Part shown: positions 1 to 10,391 of the stretch, piece after piece | Numbering within the stretch: position 1 is the stretch's first letter | Layout of the letters: each line of letters opens with the position of its first letter | NCBI GenBank assembly: GCA_041577295.1 | Contig: JBFGJG010000004.1 | Coordinates: 1-64,000 of the forward strand | Length of the DNA stretch: 64,000 bases | Direction: 5' to 3' | Source of the DNA: Gemmatimonadales bacterium | GTDB lineage: Bacteria; Gemmatimonadota; Gemmatimonadetes; Gemmatimonadales; GWC2-71-9 | Notes under the pieces: model-generated | What the model saw: the letters and a program-made list of their open reading frames with translations, nothing else | Told to the model about the DNA's origin: nothing | Databases searched by the model: none | Position numbers and translations under genes: made by a program

Positions 1-354
1 GACATCAAAGGCACCCTCCGAGCGCTCGCTGATCTTCTGCGCGAGGCCAACGACTTCGAGGAGGAGCGGACTCACGGCAAACGGAGTCGTGCTCTCGTGT
101 CGATTGAAGCGGGACAACTCGGACGCAGAGTCATAGGTCGACATGAGACGATTTACTTCGGCGAGTCGGCCCTTGATTGTATCCGCTATCGCCGCACGCT
201 CGGCGGGCGTGAGCGGCGCATCGATCTTCACCGCGTACATCGTTCCCATCGTCGCGCCGCGGAACTCGTACAGCGGTGGCGCAGGCTGCGTTAGCACGAG
301 CCGCCACACCGTGAGTCCCGCCAAGATCACCAGTCCCAGGGGAAGAAGTACCAT
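1..354 (-). CDS. apbE: FAD:protein FMN transferase (flavin transferase), 5' part; runs off the window start
   Basis: Not in the ORF track. Hand translation from ATG at 354 gives MVLLPLGLVILAGLTVWRL...FRGATMGTMYAVKI...EVNRLMSTYDSASELSRFN...SEGAFDV, with the ApbE motifs GxTMGT, MSxYxxxSELSRFN and GAFDV. It lies directly downstream of nqrF. Confidence 0.92.
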   Translation of the reverse strand, partial: MVLLPLGLVILAGLTVWRLVLTQPAPPLYEFRGATMGTMYAVKIDAPLTPAERAAIADTIKGRLAEVNRLMSTYDSASELSRFNRHESTTPFAVSPLLLEVVGLAQKISERSEGAFDV

Positions 355-394
355 AGCGCGCTTCGAGAGCCGCGAGGTACTCGGGGGCGGACGG

Positions 395-1618
395 CTAGAT
401 GCCGAAGTCATCGAACATGACGCTCCCCGGTGGCACACCGAGATCGTCGAGCATCTTTTGGCACGCCTTGATCATCATGGGCGGACCGCACAGATAGTAC
501 TCGACACCCTCTGGCGTGGGATGGTTCTCGAGATGTTGGCGGTACACCACCTCGTGAATGAATCCGGTTGGGCCGGTCCAGTGATCCGCTTCCAAAGGTT
601 CCGAGAGTGCGAGGTGCCACTCGAAGTTCGGATGTTGGGAGGCGAGGCGATCGAACTCATCGACGTAAAAGGCCTCCTGAAGGCTCCGCGCGCCGTACCA
701 AAAGCTGATTTGCCGAGTGGTGTTGATCCGCTCGAGTTGGTCGAGAATATGGGACCGCATCGGTGCCATGCCAGCTCCGCCGCCAATGAATACCATTTCG
801 CGATCGGTTTCCTTGGCGAAGAACTCACCGAACGGTCCCGTGATCGTGACCTCGTCACCGGCTTTCAGATTGAATAGGTAGGACGATACAACGCCAGGTG
901 GCGCATCGGGTTCGTTCGGGGGTGGTGTGGCAATGCGGACGTTGAGGATTATCACGCCCCGTTCTTCCGGGTAATTCGCCATGGAGTAGGCCCTGGTCAC
1001 CGTCTCGCGGTTGCTCGACGCGAGGCGCCACAGGTCATACTTGTCCCAATCGGACCGATACTGCTCGCCGATGTCGAAGTCGGTGAAGCGGCACTCGTAC
1101 GGCGGGCACTCGACCTGGATGTACCCACCAGCCCGAAATGCTATTTCCTCCCCCTCGTGAAGCTCCAGTACGATCTCTCGGATAAAGGTGGCGACGTTCT
1201 TGTTCGACCGCACCGTGGTCTGCCACCGCCTCACAGCGAAGATCTCGCTGGGGATTGCGAGGCTGATGCTTTCTTTGACCTTCACCTGGCATGCCAGGCG
1301 CCAACCCTCCTGTGCCTCCCCACGGCTGATGTGGGCGGTCTCGGTTGGAAGGAGCCCACCTCCTCCCTCGACGACTTGCACGCGACAGACCCCGCACGTG
1401 CCGCGACCACCGCACGCGGAGGGGAGCAAGATACCGGCACTCGTCAGAGTGGTGAGTAGTGTATCACCCGCTCTCGCTTGGAAGTCGCGCTCGCCACTGT
1501 TGACGACAATGTTCACCGGTCCGCTCGGCACGAGCACCGTGCGTGCCAGCAAGAGGAGGCTCACCAACGCGAGCATCACGACTGTGAAGCCCACCACGCC
1601 GAAGAGAACGGTCAGCAT
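395..1618 (-). CDS. nqrF: Na+-translocating NADH:quinone reductase subunit F
   Basis: N-terminal TM helix, 2Fe-2S motif SACGGRGTCGVC...RLACQ, RAYSMANYP, GGGAGMAP, YYLCGPP, C-terminal FDDFG. Confidence 0.97.
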   Translation of the reverse strand: MLTVLFGVVGFTVVMLALVSLLLLARTVLVPSGPVNIVVNSGERDFQARAGDTLLTTLTSAGILLPSACGGRGTCGVCRVQVVEGGGGLLPTETAHISRGEAQEGWRLACQVKVKESISLAIPSEIFAVRRWQTTVRSNKNVATFIREIVLELHEGEEIAFRAGGYIQVECPPYECRFTDFDIGEQYRSDWDKYDLWRLASSNRETVTRAYSMANYPEERGVIILNVRIATPPPNEPDAPPGVVSSYLFNLKAGDEVTITGPFGEFFAKETDREMVFIGGGAGMAPMRSHILDQLERINTTRQISFWYGARSLQEAFYVDEFDRLASQHPNFEWHLALSEPLEADHWTGPTGFIHEVVYRQHLENHPTPEGVEYYLCGPPMMIKACQKMLDDLGVPPGSVMFDDFGI

Positions 1619-1642
1619 GATGCCAGACTCATTGACCGGAGT

Positions 1643-2257
1643 TCATAGAAGAATTCCCGAGAAGGCCATGAACGCCATCGACATGAGCCCTACGATCATG
1701 AACGTGATGCCAAGACCGCGTAGCGCGGGTGGCGGATTGCTGTATCGCAGGCGCTCACGAATGGCCGCCAGCGCGACAATGGCCAGCGCCCATCCAATCC
1801 CGGCGCCAACCCCGTAGACGGTGCTCTCGGCCAGGGTATAGTCGCGTTCGACCATGAACAGTGACCCGCCGAGAATCGCGCAGTTCACGGCGATGAGCGG
1901 GAGGAATACACCAAGGGTGTGATAGAGACGTGGCGCAAACCGGTCGATGGTCATCTCGACGATCTGCACCATCGCCGCGATCGAGCCGATCATGAACAAG
2001 TACGTCAGAAACGAGAGGTCGACGTCTTGGCCCGCCGGAAGCCACGAGAGCGCTCCTGGCTCGAGGATCTTCTCGTTGAGGATCTGATTGAGGGGGACGG
2101 TGATCCCGAGCATGAACACGACGGCCAAACCCAAGCCAATCGCCGTCTCGACTTTGCGCGAGATCGCGAGGAACGAACACATGCCCAGGAAGAACGCCAG
2201 GGCGAGGTTCTCAACGAATATGGCTTTCGTCGCGAGGCTCAGGTAATGCTCCAACAC
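1643..2257 (-). CDS. nqrE: Na+-NQR subunit E
   Basis: [38 protein letters not shown]; position in the operon. Confidence 0.96.
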   Translation of the reverse strand: MLEHYLSLATKAIFVENLALAFFLGMCSFLAISRKVETAIGLGLAVVFMLGITVPLNQILNEKILEPGALSWLPAGQDVDLSFLTYLFMIGSIAAMVQIVEMTIDRFAPRLYHTLGVFLPLIAVNCAILGGSLFMVERDYTLAESTVYGVGAGIGWALAIVALAAIRERLRYSNPPPALRGLGITFMIVGLMSMAFMAFSGILL

Positions 2258-2879
2258 GGAACTCCTCCTCTATCTGCTCAGGTTTCCAGATGCGCACGAT
2301 CCAGATGAAGCAACCGATCAACAAGAACGCAGCCGGCGCCAAGACCATGAGGCCATTCGTCGGGTACCAGCCACCATTGGTGGTGGGGGTGAGCAGCGTG
2401 ATGCCAAAGACCGATCCCGAGCCCAGGAGCTCCCGGAAGAAGGCGACGTACAACAGCACGAGGCTGTAGCCGAACGCGTTCCCTAAACCGTCCAGGAAGC
2501 TGTGCGCGGGACCGTGGGTCATGGCAAACGCTTCAGCCCGGCCCATGATGATGCAGTTGGTGATGATCAGCCCGACGAAAATTGAGAGCTGTTTGCTAAT
2601 CCCGTAGGCGTACGCTTTGAGGATCTGGTCGGTGACGATGACGAGGGACGCGATGATCGTGAGCTGAACGATGATGCGGACGCTACTGGGAATGCGATTG
2701 CGAATCAGGCTCACGGTCACGTTCGAGCCAACGAGCACGCCGATCACGGCGAGACTCATGACCAAGGCGGTGGACAGCTTGGTCGTGACGGCGAGCGCGG
2801 AACAGATCCCCAACACCTGCAACGCGATGGGGTTGTTCTCAAACAGCGGGTCCAAGAATGCGTCGCGCGCCTTTCTCAC
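2211..2879 (-). CDS. nqrD: Na+-NQR subunit D
   Basis: [35 protein letters not shown]; the 3' end overlaps the nqrE start by 47 nt. Confidence 0.96.
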   Translation of the reverse strand: MRKARDAFLDPLFENNPIALQVLGICSALAVTTKLSTALVMSLAVIGVLVGSNVTVSLIRNRIPSSVRIIVQLTIIASLVIVTDQILKAYAYGISKQLSIFVGLIITNCIIMGRAEAFAMTHGPAHSFLDGLGNAFGYSLVLLYVAFFRELLGSGSVFGITLLTPTTNGGWYPTNGLMVLAPAAFLLIGCFIWIVRIWKPEQIEEEFRVGALPEPRDESHIR

Positions 2880-3658
2880 GTGATCCCCTTTTCATCCCGG
2901 TAGCGGCCCAGATACGGGCCAAAGCCGTGAGGCCCCAGCCAGAAATGCACCGTGTTGGTGACGCCGCGCCCGGTAATGGTCGCGCCGGCCAAGCCGTCGA
3001 CTTCGTACGGATCCTCTTGTGGTGGACCGGCAGCGCCCTTTACCACCTCCAGTTGGGGTTCCCAATCCGGACCGAAGGCGCGGCGTCCCACCCACAGCGC
3101 TCGCCAGTTCGGGGTCTCGATCTCGGCGCCGAGGCCTGGTGTCTCGGCGTGCTCGTAGAAGGTGATGCCTCGCACCGAACGGAGGTCGGCGTCGAGCGCC
3201 AGGTACCCGTACATCGTCGACCACAGCCCCTTCCCCTCGATTGGCAGGATGACGGCGTTAATCTCGTCGTCACGCACGAGGTGATAGACCACAGCGTGCT
3301 GGGATATGCGGGCGACACCCGCCGCATTGTCGGGCGCGATGTTGCTCGTGGCGGGGTCCCGTGTGGCCTTTCGCTGATCGAAGGTTGTGAGATCGACGTC
3401 CGGCGCGGGATCACCGGTCGCCAACTCCACCGCCACGGGTCGGATGTGCTCGGTGAACCGCTGCGCGATCTCTTCGCGCGTCAGTCGCTCGCCGGGCGCT
3501 CGCAGCCCGACCACTTCCAGTACCTGGCGCTGTCGGTCCAATAGGCGGTTGGCCTCTTGCCGCTCTTTGAGTGTGACAGCAGCAGCCGCAACGACGACCG
3601 ATCCCACCACACTGACCAGCGCGGCGAAGCGAATGGTGTACGCGGCGTTACGCTGCAC
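2876..3658 (-). CDS. nqrC: Na+-NQR subunit C
   Basis: [24 protein letters not shown]-attachment motif DGLAGATIT. Confidence 0.96.
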   Translation of the reverse strand: MQRNAAYTIRFAALVSVVGSVVVAAAAVTLKERQEANRLLDRQRQVLEVVGLRAPGERLTREEIAQRFTEHIRPVAVELATGDPAPDVDLTTFDQRKATRDPATSNIAPDNAAGVARISQHAVVYHLVRDDEINAVILPIEGKGLWSTMYGYLALDADLRSVRGITFYEHAETPGLGAEIETPNWRALWVGRRAFGPDWEPQLEVVKGAAGPPQEDPYEVDGLAGATITGRGVTNTVHFWLGPHGFGPYLGRYRDEKGIT

Positions 3659-4868
3659 TGCGGGCCTGCCGTCGTCGGATGTTGGACCGTACCACGAAGT
3701 GATCGATGAGCGGTGCGAACATGTTCATGAACAGGATGGCGAGCATGATGCCTTCGGGATACGCCGGATTCACCACGCGGATGAGAATGGTGAGGACGCC
3801 GATGCCGGCGCCGTACCACCACTTGCCGATCTCGGTGAACGTTGATGACACGGGATCGGTGGCCATGAACACGGTTCCGATGGCCCACCCGCCGAGAACG
3901 ATGTGCCAGTGAAACGGCACCGCGAACATCGGGTTGGTGTCCGATCCGATCCAGTTCAGCAACGCGGCCATCGCAAACGTCCCCAATGTGACGCCGGCCA
4001 TGGTTCGCCACGATCCCACTTGCGTCACGATCAGAATGGCCGCCCCGATGAGGCAGGCCAGCATCGACGTTTCTCCCATCGAGCCGGGAATCACACCGAG
4101 GAATGCGTCCATCCAGCTTGCATCCTCGAGGGCGCCGACGGTCGTGGACGCGCGTGCAAGCCACGTTGCACCGGTGAAGTTGTCGACGTCGAGAAAATCG
4201 GCGGCGATCCACGGCGCGTCGCCGCTGATCTCGGCGGGGTACGCGAAAAAGAGAAAGGCTCGCACGACGAGGGCCGGGTTGAGAAAGTTCATTCCCGTGC
4301 CGCCGAAGATCTCCTTGCCGAACACGATGCCAAACGCCGTCCCCACTGCGACCTGCCACAGCGGAATGGTCGGAGGGAGGATCAGGGGGATGAGGGCACC
4401 GGTGACAAAGAAGCCTTCGTTCACCTCGTGTTTGCGCACCGTGGCGAACAGCACTTCCACCGCGCCGCCCGCTGCAAAGGTGACGACCAGGACAGGGAGG
4501 AAGTACAACGCTCCGTGAATGCTGCAGAGCAGGGGATTCGTATAGTCGAAGCTCAGTCCGACGCCGGTATAGAGCGCCGTGCGCCAGTCGTCGAGCGGTA
4601 CGGCTCCCTGGGCGATCGCATGTTGGGCCTGATAGCCGGTGTTGTACATGGCCATCAGGAAACACGGAATCAGCGCGATGACCACGAGCCCCATCATGCG
4701 CTTCAGGTCGAGTCCATCGCGCACATGGGGTGCCGTGCGGGTGACGGTACCGGGTGCATACGCCAGGGTGTCGATCGCCTCGAAGAGCGGATGCAGCCGC
4801 GCCAGGCGACCGCCCTCTTCGAACAGCGGCGCGAGGCGATCGAGCCCGGTACGAAGTGGGGATCTCAT
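3648..4868 (-). CDS. nqrB: Na+-NQR subunit B
   Basis: Start corrected to ATG 4868 (ATGA overlap with the nqrA stop). [32 protein letters not shown] site [20 protein letters not shown]. Confidence 0.96.
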   Translation of the reverse strand: MRSPLRTGLDRLAPLFEEGGRLARLHPLFEAIDTLAYAPGTVTRTAPHVRDGLDLKRMMGLVVIALIPCFLMAMYNTGYQAQHAIAQGAVPLDDWRTALYTGVGLSFDYTNPLLCSIHGALYFLPVLVVTFAAGGAVEVLFATVRKHEVNEGFFVTGALIPLILPPTIPLWQVAVGTAFGIVFGKEIFGGTGMNFLNPALVVRAFLFFAYPAEISGDAPWIAADFLDVDNFTGATWLARASTTVGALEDASWMDAFLGVIPGSMGETSMLACLIGAAILIVTQVGSWRTMAGVTLGTFAMAALLNWIGSDTNPMFAVPFHWHIVLGGWAIGTVFMATDPVSSTFTEIGKWWYGAGIGVLTILIRVVNPAYPEGIMLAILFMNMFAPLIDHFVVRSNIRRRQARSAA

Positions 4869-6244
4869 CGCTCCTGCTCGAGCAGGTCTAACGTCTTGCG
4901 CAGGATCGGTCCAAAGTCGGTCTTGCCCGGGTCCACGAAGCTGCACAGGGCGAGATCCTCCTCGTCCAGCTCCAAGCATCCCAGCTCTTCCGCGCGCTCG
5001 GTGTCTTGCACGATCAGCGAGCGCAGCAAGAAGGTGGGAAGAATGTCCATCGGCATCACTCGCTCGTAGAGGCCGATGGGCACCATGGCCCGGCGTCCGC
5101 CGTGGGTGTTGGTGGTGAAATCGAATCCGCCTTTGGGCAAGAACTTGGATAGGTAAACCGGGATCGTGGAGAACTTTCTGAACCCTGGGGCGAGCCACGC
5201 CAGGAACTCGCGCTCCCTCCCCTCGCGCAGCACGGTGAGTTGCGTATCGTAGCGGCCGAGGTAGCCGAAGACGTCACCCATCGCCGCCTTCCCGGATAGT
5301 ACCGAGCCCGCAATCCACCGCACGTCCCCCGCGATGCCTTCCTGAGCAGCGAAGTCACCGGTCGCCGCACCCAATCGTGTCCGGAGGAGTCGAGGATTGG
5401 GCACCGCGGGCCCCGCGAGAGACACTACCCGGCTGACATCGAGGCGCCCGTGGCGAAAGAGGTGTCCAATCGAGACGACATCTTGGTAACCGACGGTCCA
5501 CACCGTCCGCGTGCGGCTCACAGGGGCCAACAGGTGAATGTGAACACCGGCGGTCCCCGCGGGATGTGGCCCACTGAAGTGCTCGGTCGTAACGGGGGCT
5601 GTGACTCCCGCTTCGAGTCCGGAGCCGTGCTGTACGCAGAGATAGGTAGGGCCGTCGGTGAGCTTGGCGATCAGCTTCAACCCGAGGTCGAAGTCCCTTC
5701 TTCGATCGGCGAGCACGACCTCGGGCTTCGCGGCGAGCGGATTGGTATCGATCGCGGTGACGAAGATCGCGGCTGGCGTGGACCCGGGGAGTGGGGTCTT
5801 ACCGAACGGACGAGTACGGAAGGCGGTCCACATTCCAGACTCCACCAGCAGTGCTTCGATTTCGCCCCGCTCCGCGAACTCCGGAGCGCCACTGGGATAC
5901 GCTACGAAATCTGCGAACGCGTCATCGCCAGGATCCCCACGTTGCTCATCTGGGGAAAGCGCGATGACGACCGACAGTAATGCACGCCGAGCACCACGGT
6001 TGATTGCCAGGACGCGCCCGGCCGCTGGCGCCGTGTGCTGCACGCCCGGAACGGCGGCATCTTCGCACAGGATCTGACCGCGGCGCACGACGTCACCCTC
6101 CGCCACGCGCATGCGTGGCCGGAGTCCGGGGAAGTCGTCAGCCATCAGGGCAACGCGACTGGCGCCCGGTCCCGCAGAAATCATGTGGATCGGTGCACCC
6201 GTGATGGGAAGGTCGAGGCCTTTCTTGATTCGGTGGTGCGTCAT
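4865..6244 (-). CDS. nqrA: Na+-NQR subunit A
   Basis: [49 protein letters not shown]. Confidence 0.96.
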   Translation of the reverse strand: MTHHRIKKGLDLPITGAPIHMISAGPGASRVALMADDFPGLRPRMRVAEGDVVRRGQILCEDAAVPGVQHTAPAAGRVLAINRGARRALLSVVIALSPDEQRGDPGDDAFADFVAYPSGAPEFAERGEIEALLVESGMWTAFRTRPFGKTPLPGSTPAAIFVTAIDTNPLAAKPEVVLADRRRDFDLGLKLIAKLTDGPTYLCVQHGSGLEAGVTAPVTTEHFSGPHPAGTAGVHIHLLAPVSRTRTVWTVGYQDVVSIGHLFRHGRLDVSRVVSLAGPAVPNPRLLRTRLGAATGDFAAQEGIAGDVRWIAGSVLSGKAAMGDVFGYLGRYDTQLTVLREGREREFLAWLAPGFRKFSTIPVYLSKFLPKGGFDFTTNTHGGRRAMVPIGLYERVMPMDILPTFLLRSLIVQDTERAEELGCLELDEEDLALCSFVDPGKTDFGPILRKTLDLLEQER

Positions 6245-6335
6245 GGAATGGCTGAGAATGTGCTAACGGTCCCGCATCGGTCCGGGGAGATGCCGGACAC
6301 GGGCGAAGGGGCCGGATTCGCGGTACACGTGGGGC

Positions 6336-6782
6336 CTAGCAGTAGCCGCCCGAGATGTATGTGAGGAGGCGCTCGTTCGAGTCCTGAACATCGTGCAGAT
6401 GCCTCAACAGCACGTCGGCTGGCGTGATGAGGCCAACGAGCTCGCCATTCTCCTTGCCATTCTCGACGACGGGGAGATGGTGAAACTGGTTCCGCGCGAA
6501 GATATCCTCGGCCTCGTCCAGCGTGGTCTGAGGCGTCACACTGATCACGTCAGTCGTCATCGCGTCTTTCACCTGCTCCTTCAGCGCCGCCCCGCCTCGC
6601 TGATCGAGACGCATCAGGATGTCGCGAATGGTCAGCACCCCCACGACCTTTCCGTGGTCGGTGACCACGACGGAGCGAATTCTCGACTTGACAAACTGCT
6701 TGATGGCCTCGGCCACCGTCTGCGAAGGCCTCACGGTATGTACGTCGCGACCCTTCGTTCGCAGCACTTCCCAAACGTGCAT
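6336..6782 (-). CDS. CBS-pair domain protein
   Basis: Two CBS repeats (VHTVRPSQTV...VVGVLTIRDI; VKDAMTTDVISV...HHLPVV...LVGLITPADV); RBS GAGGAG upstream. Confidence 0.9.
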   Translation of the reverse strand: MHVWEVLRTKGRDVHTVRPSQTVAEAIKQFVKSRIRSVVVTDHGKVVGVLTIRDILMRLDQRGGAALKEQVKDAMTTDVISVTPQTTLDEAEDIFARNQFHHLPVVENGKENGELVGLITPADVLLRHLHDVQDSNERLLTYISGGYC

Positions 6783-7033
6783 CGGCTAATCTCCTCGACC
6801 GTGGTTTCTGGGCGTGGTGGCTCACTTGCAACACGCCTGATGCAAACGCTGAGCACCCAATTCGTTATCTAGTCGGGTGAGCGTACGTGCTTCGTGATAC
6901 CAATGTGAAGACGGGTTCAGAGTCCGTTAGAAGCGCACCGTCTCGCTTGTACCGACTTTCCCCCATGGGGAGCCAGCCCGCGTGAAAGCACGAAGCAACC
7001 TTTTGACCGATCACACCATCAAAGGAGGTACCT

Positions 7034-7050
7034 ATGTAGAAACCCTATAT
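7034..7050. promoter_or_regulatory. Imperfect palindrome ATGTAG-N5-CTATAT, possible PadR operator
   Basis: AT-rich inverted repeat 13 nt before the ABC permease start. PadR is encoded in the same operon; assigning the site to PadR is inference. Confidence 0.35.
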
Positions 7051-7063
7051 TCGCGGGGACGCT

Positions 7064-9712
7064 ATGGGTGACCATGGAGGCCTTGATCGTGCCGTCACGA
7101 GCCAGCGGTTCCTTCGGATCGTCGCCGCGCTGGTGCCGGCGCCGCGCCGGTCTCGCTGGCTCGAGGAGTGGAGCAGCGAGCTGTGGTACTACCGGCGTCG
7201 CCTCGAGCGCGGCGAATCACGTTTCGCCGCGGAAATGGCGCTCTGGGCGCGAATGCTCGGCGCGGTGCCCCATGCACTTTGGGTCCTCGGGGAGGAATGG
7301 ATGATCGGATCGGTCCATCGTGATCTCGGATTGGCGGTTCGGACACTCGCCAAGCGTCCCGGCTACGTGCTTGCCGCGGTAGGTACCCTCGCGATGGGGA
7401 TCGCCGCCAGCACGATGTTGTTCTCCATTGTGAACGCGGTCATGTTCCGCCCGCTACCGTATCCCGACGCGCGCGAGCTCGTACGTGTGTTCGAAACGCA
7501 TCTGGCACAGGGAATACGGAGGGGGAGTGTTACCGGAGCGACCTTCTACGATTGGAAAGCGTCGAATCGCGTCTTTGAGGACCTGGCGGCGTATCAATCG
7601 GGGTGGAAGTACATCGTCGATGCTGGCGACGGCGCAACGCTAGTCCCTGGCGCCCGGGTCTTTCCCAACATGTTTGCTCTTCTTGGTTCGAACGCCGCAC
7701 TCGGTCGCACGTTCTTCCCGCAAGAGAATCACCCGGACGATCAACAGTCAGCGGTGATCAGCCACGCACTGTGGCAGTCGCTGTTCGGGGGCACGCCTGA
7801 CGTCGTTGGACGCTCCATCCTCTTGGAGGGCGCACCCCGTACGATCGTCGGCGTCATGCCTCCGGGGTTTGCTTTTCCCGACGACGATGTCGGTATCTGG
7901 ATTCCATACAACCTCGGCGAAGCAGGCAGGGCAAACCGACGGTCTCATCTGTTGCGCGTCGTCGCTCGGCTGCGATCGGGTGTGGACGTCCCGCAGGCTG
8001 AACGCGAATTGGGCACCATCATGCAGGATCTGGTGAGCCAATTTCCCCAGGAGATGGAAGGTGCTGGAGTATCGATCGTGTCCTGGCATGAGTCACTGGT
8101 CGGTGATGTTCGGGGAACGTTGTTGCTACTGTTCGGCGGCGTCACCACGTTGCTCGCGGTCGCATGCTTGAACGTCGCAGGCCTCGGTGTGGCACGCAGT
8201 CGCCGGCGCGAGCGGGAGATGGCGGTCCGCATCGCCTTGGGCGCGGGCAGCTTGCGGATTAGTCGCCTCCTGCTCACCGAGAGTGTTGTGATCGCCGCTG
8301 CCGCGGGCGTCATTGGCGGACTCATCGCAGTCTGGGGTACACCCGTGCTACTCGCCTACGCGCCCATTGATCTTCCCCGCGTGGCGGAGGTGACGGCGGA
8401 TACGCGGGTCCTCGCCTTTACAGTCCTCGTTTCGGCTGGGGCGGCGCTGGTGAGCGGGATCTTCCCGGCCCTCCGACTGTCATCGTCGAGAATCGGCGAT
8501 GCCCTGAGACGAGGAAGCCGCGGGGCGACCAGCGGCGATCGGTGGTATCTGGACGGGTTGGTGACGGCCGAGATCGCCCTCTCGGTTGCACTGCTCGCGG
8601 GTGCCGGCTTGCTCACCCGCAGCTACGCGAACTTGACCGCCGTGGATCCCGGCTTCTCTGGGGATCGCGTGATCACGATCTCGATCTTGCCAACAGCAGT
8701 TGCTTATCCCGACGTGACGGCTCAAACGGCGCTCTTCGACCGCGTACTCGAGCGCGTCCAGGCGTTGCCGGGTGTCACGTCGGCCGGGTTGGTCACCGAG
8801 CTCCCGTTTACGGTCCCAGCCAGCACCTGGAGCTTCTTGCCTGAGGGAAGCACGCCTCAGTTCGATCAGATTGGCGTTCACTGGAATCCGGCAAGCACCG
8901 GATACTTCCAAACGATGGGGATCCCGCTGAGGCGCGGTCGGCTGTTTGACGATCGCGACCGAATCGGCGACGGACGCGTGGTCGTCATCGATGAGAGCAC
9001 GGCCCGGCGCTTCCTCGGTGATCGCGATCCACTGGGTGTGCGAATCCGGATGGCCCCGGAGGGAGAGCTCTATACCATCATCGGCGTTGTCGGTGCGGTG
9101 CGTCAGGAAAGCCTGCGAGAAGACGTTCAGCTCACCATGTACACGCCGCACTGGGATACCGAGCCCTGGCGACGGGACAAGACGCTGGCGGTCAAGACAG
9201 ATCTCTCGCTGGCTGGCTTTGCCGCCGCGGTGAGCGCCGAGGTCAAGGCCGTTGATCCGGGGCTGGCCCTCGATCGCGTCGGCCCGCTCGTCGATATCGT
9301 TTCCGACTCGCTCGATGGTGAGCGGTTTCGTCTTTACTTGATGCTCACCTTTGCAATCCTTGCCCTCGCGCTGACCGTGGTTGGTCTGTATGGCACGCTG
9401 GCGTACGTCGTGAGCGGCCGTCGCCGGGAGTTGGCGATTCGATCGGCACTCGGCGCGAGACCGAGCAGTTTGGCTGCGATGGTATTCCGACGTAGCACGA
9501 CGCTTGCCCTAATGGGGGGAGCGGCCGGTGTCCTGCTCGCCATCGCTGCGTCCCCGCTCGTACGTGCTCTGTTGTTTGGCGTTGCCCCGGTGGATCCTAT
9601 CACCTTGGCCGCCGTGGTTGCGGTGCTCGGTCTGGCCGCCGTCGCGGGAACTACGCTGCCGGCACTGCGGGTTGTCCGGCTCAATGCGGCCACGGTGCTG
9701 AGCGAGGAATGA
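7064..9712 (+). CDS. ABC transporter permease, duplicated MacB/FtsX type (ADOP-like)
   Basis: Two MacB-PCD plus FtsX repeats (RPLPYPD, LGRTF, RREMAVRIALGA, RRELAIRSALGA) and an ~80 aa N-terminal extension. Confidence 0.92.
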   Translation: MGDHGGLDRAVTSQRFLRIVAALVPAPRRSRWLEEWSSELWYYRRRLERGESRFAAEMALWARMLGAVPHALWVLGEEWMIGSVHRDLGLAVRTLAKRPGYVLAAVGTLAMGIAASTMLFSIVNAVMFRPLPYPDARELVRVFETHLAQGIRRGSVTGATFYDWKASNRVFEDLAAYQSGWKYIVDAGDGATLVPGARVFPNMFALLGSNAALGRTFFPQENHPDDQQSAVISHALWQSLFGGTPDVVGRSILLEGAPRTIVGVMPPGFAFPDDDVGIWIPYNLGEAGRANRRSHLLRVVARLRSGVDVPQAERELGTIMQDLVSQFPQEMEGAGVSIVSWHESLVGDVRGTLLLLFGGVTTLLAVACLNVAGLGVARSRRREREMAVRIALGAGSLRISRLLLTESVVIAAAAGVIGGLIAVWGTPVLLAYAPIDLPRVAEVTADTRVLAFTVLVSAGAALVSGIFPALRLSSSRIGDALRRGSRGATSGDRWYLDGLVTAEIALSVALLAGAGLLTRSYANLTAVDPGFSGDRVITISILPTAVAYPDVTAQTALFDRVLERVQALPGVTSAGLVTELPFTVPASTWSFLPEGSTPQFDQIGVHWNPASTGYFQTMGIPLRRGRLFDDRDRIGDGRVVVIDESTARRFLGDRDPLGVRIRMAPEGELYTIIGVVGAVRQESLREDVQLTMYTPHWDTEPWRRDKTLAVKTDLSLAGFAAAVSAEVKAVDPGLALDRVGPLVDIVSDSLDGERFRLYLMLTFAILALALTVVGLYGTLAYVVSGRRRELAIRSALGARPSSLAAMVFRRSTTLALMGGAAGVLLAIAASPLVRALLFGVAPVDPITLAAVVAVLGLAAVAGTTLPALRVVRLNAATVLSEE

Positions 9713-9724
9713 AGAGGCACAATC

Positions 9725-10036
9725 ATGAGTCCTGAACGGTTGGGTCAAGCCACGCTGGCGGTGCTTCGTGTTTTGGCGGACGGTTACACCTATGGCTTCG
9801 ATGTCATCGATCGGACGGGACTTCCCAGTGGCACTGTGTATCCGGCGCTGGCGGCCCTCGAGCGTCGGGGCCTCGTGCGCTCCCGCTGGGAAAACGAGCA
9901 GACGGCACGGCACGACGGGAGACCACGTCGACGCTATTACCGCATCACCCCAGCCGGCCGCCGCGAGCTCGCGACTGCGATCGCCTGGTTGGGTCAGCTC
10001 GGGCTCGCGGGAGACGCGGAGATGGGGACGGATTAG
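9725..10036 (+). CDS. PadR-family transcriptional regulator
   Basis: YGFDVI...SGTVYPALAALERRGLV...RRRYYRITPAG winged-HTH signature. Confidence 0.93.
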   Translation: MSPERLGQATLAVLRVLADGYTYGFDVIDRTGLPSGTVYPALAALERRGLVRSRWENEQTARHDGRPRRRYYRITPAGRRELATAIAWLGQLGLAGDAEMGTD

Positions 10037-10187
10037 CATCGCGGGACGCTCACCGAAGCCGTTCACGCGAGCTGCGCGTTCTTGCAGATTGACGGTGTCG
10101 TCTTGTCGAGACAGTGCGTGTTCATATTCTCTTTGTGACACACACTGCGAGCGTTACATACCCCGGTGACGAATCGGCAGACATGCG

Positions 10188-10203
10188 CGTGACCACGGTC
10201 ACA
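10188..10203. promoter_or_regulatory. CRP/FNR-family-like box CGTGA-N6-TCACA
   Basis: cgtga-ccacgg-tcaca, one mismatch to TGTGA-N6-TCACA, in the intergenic region upstream of the lipoprotein at 10392. Confidence 0.45.
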
Positions 10204-10224
10204 GCCCCTACCGTGGTTCGCGCG

Positions 10225-10234
10225 GTAACGTTAC
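10225..10234. promoter_or_regulatory. Perfect palindrome GTAACGTTAC (LacI-operator-like core)
   Basis: 10-bp palindrome with central CG, 21 bp downstream of the CRP-like box. Confidence 0.35.
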
Positions 10235-10391
10235 GTCGCCCTGAGTAGGACCACTCCGCCCACAAGCCCCTATCGCGAAACGTGCCCCGCGAGGGCGAAG
10301 CCGCTGCGCCCTGGCTGGGTGGCGATGTGCAGAAGACTGCAGACCGCAGGCGCCCTCCGTTGTATCGAACGAATGTCGGTAGGAGGCTGCA

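Noticed and set aside
97..877. Plus-strand ORFs 97-294 and 143-877
   Set aside because: They are antisense to apbE and nqrF, which carry clear family motifs.
4869..5198. N-terminal extension of the 516-aa NqrB ORF
   Set aside because: It lies inside nqrA; the ATGA overlap at 4865-4868 gives a normal-length NqrB. Similar over-extensions were trimmed for pncB, ftsH, argH, LOG, DinB and the sigma factor.
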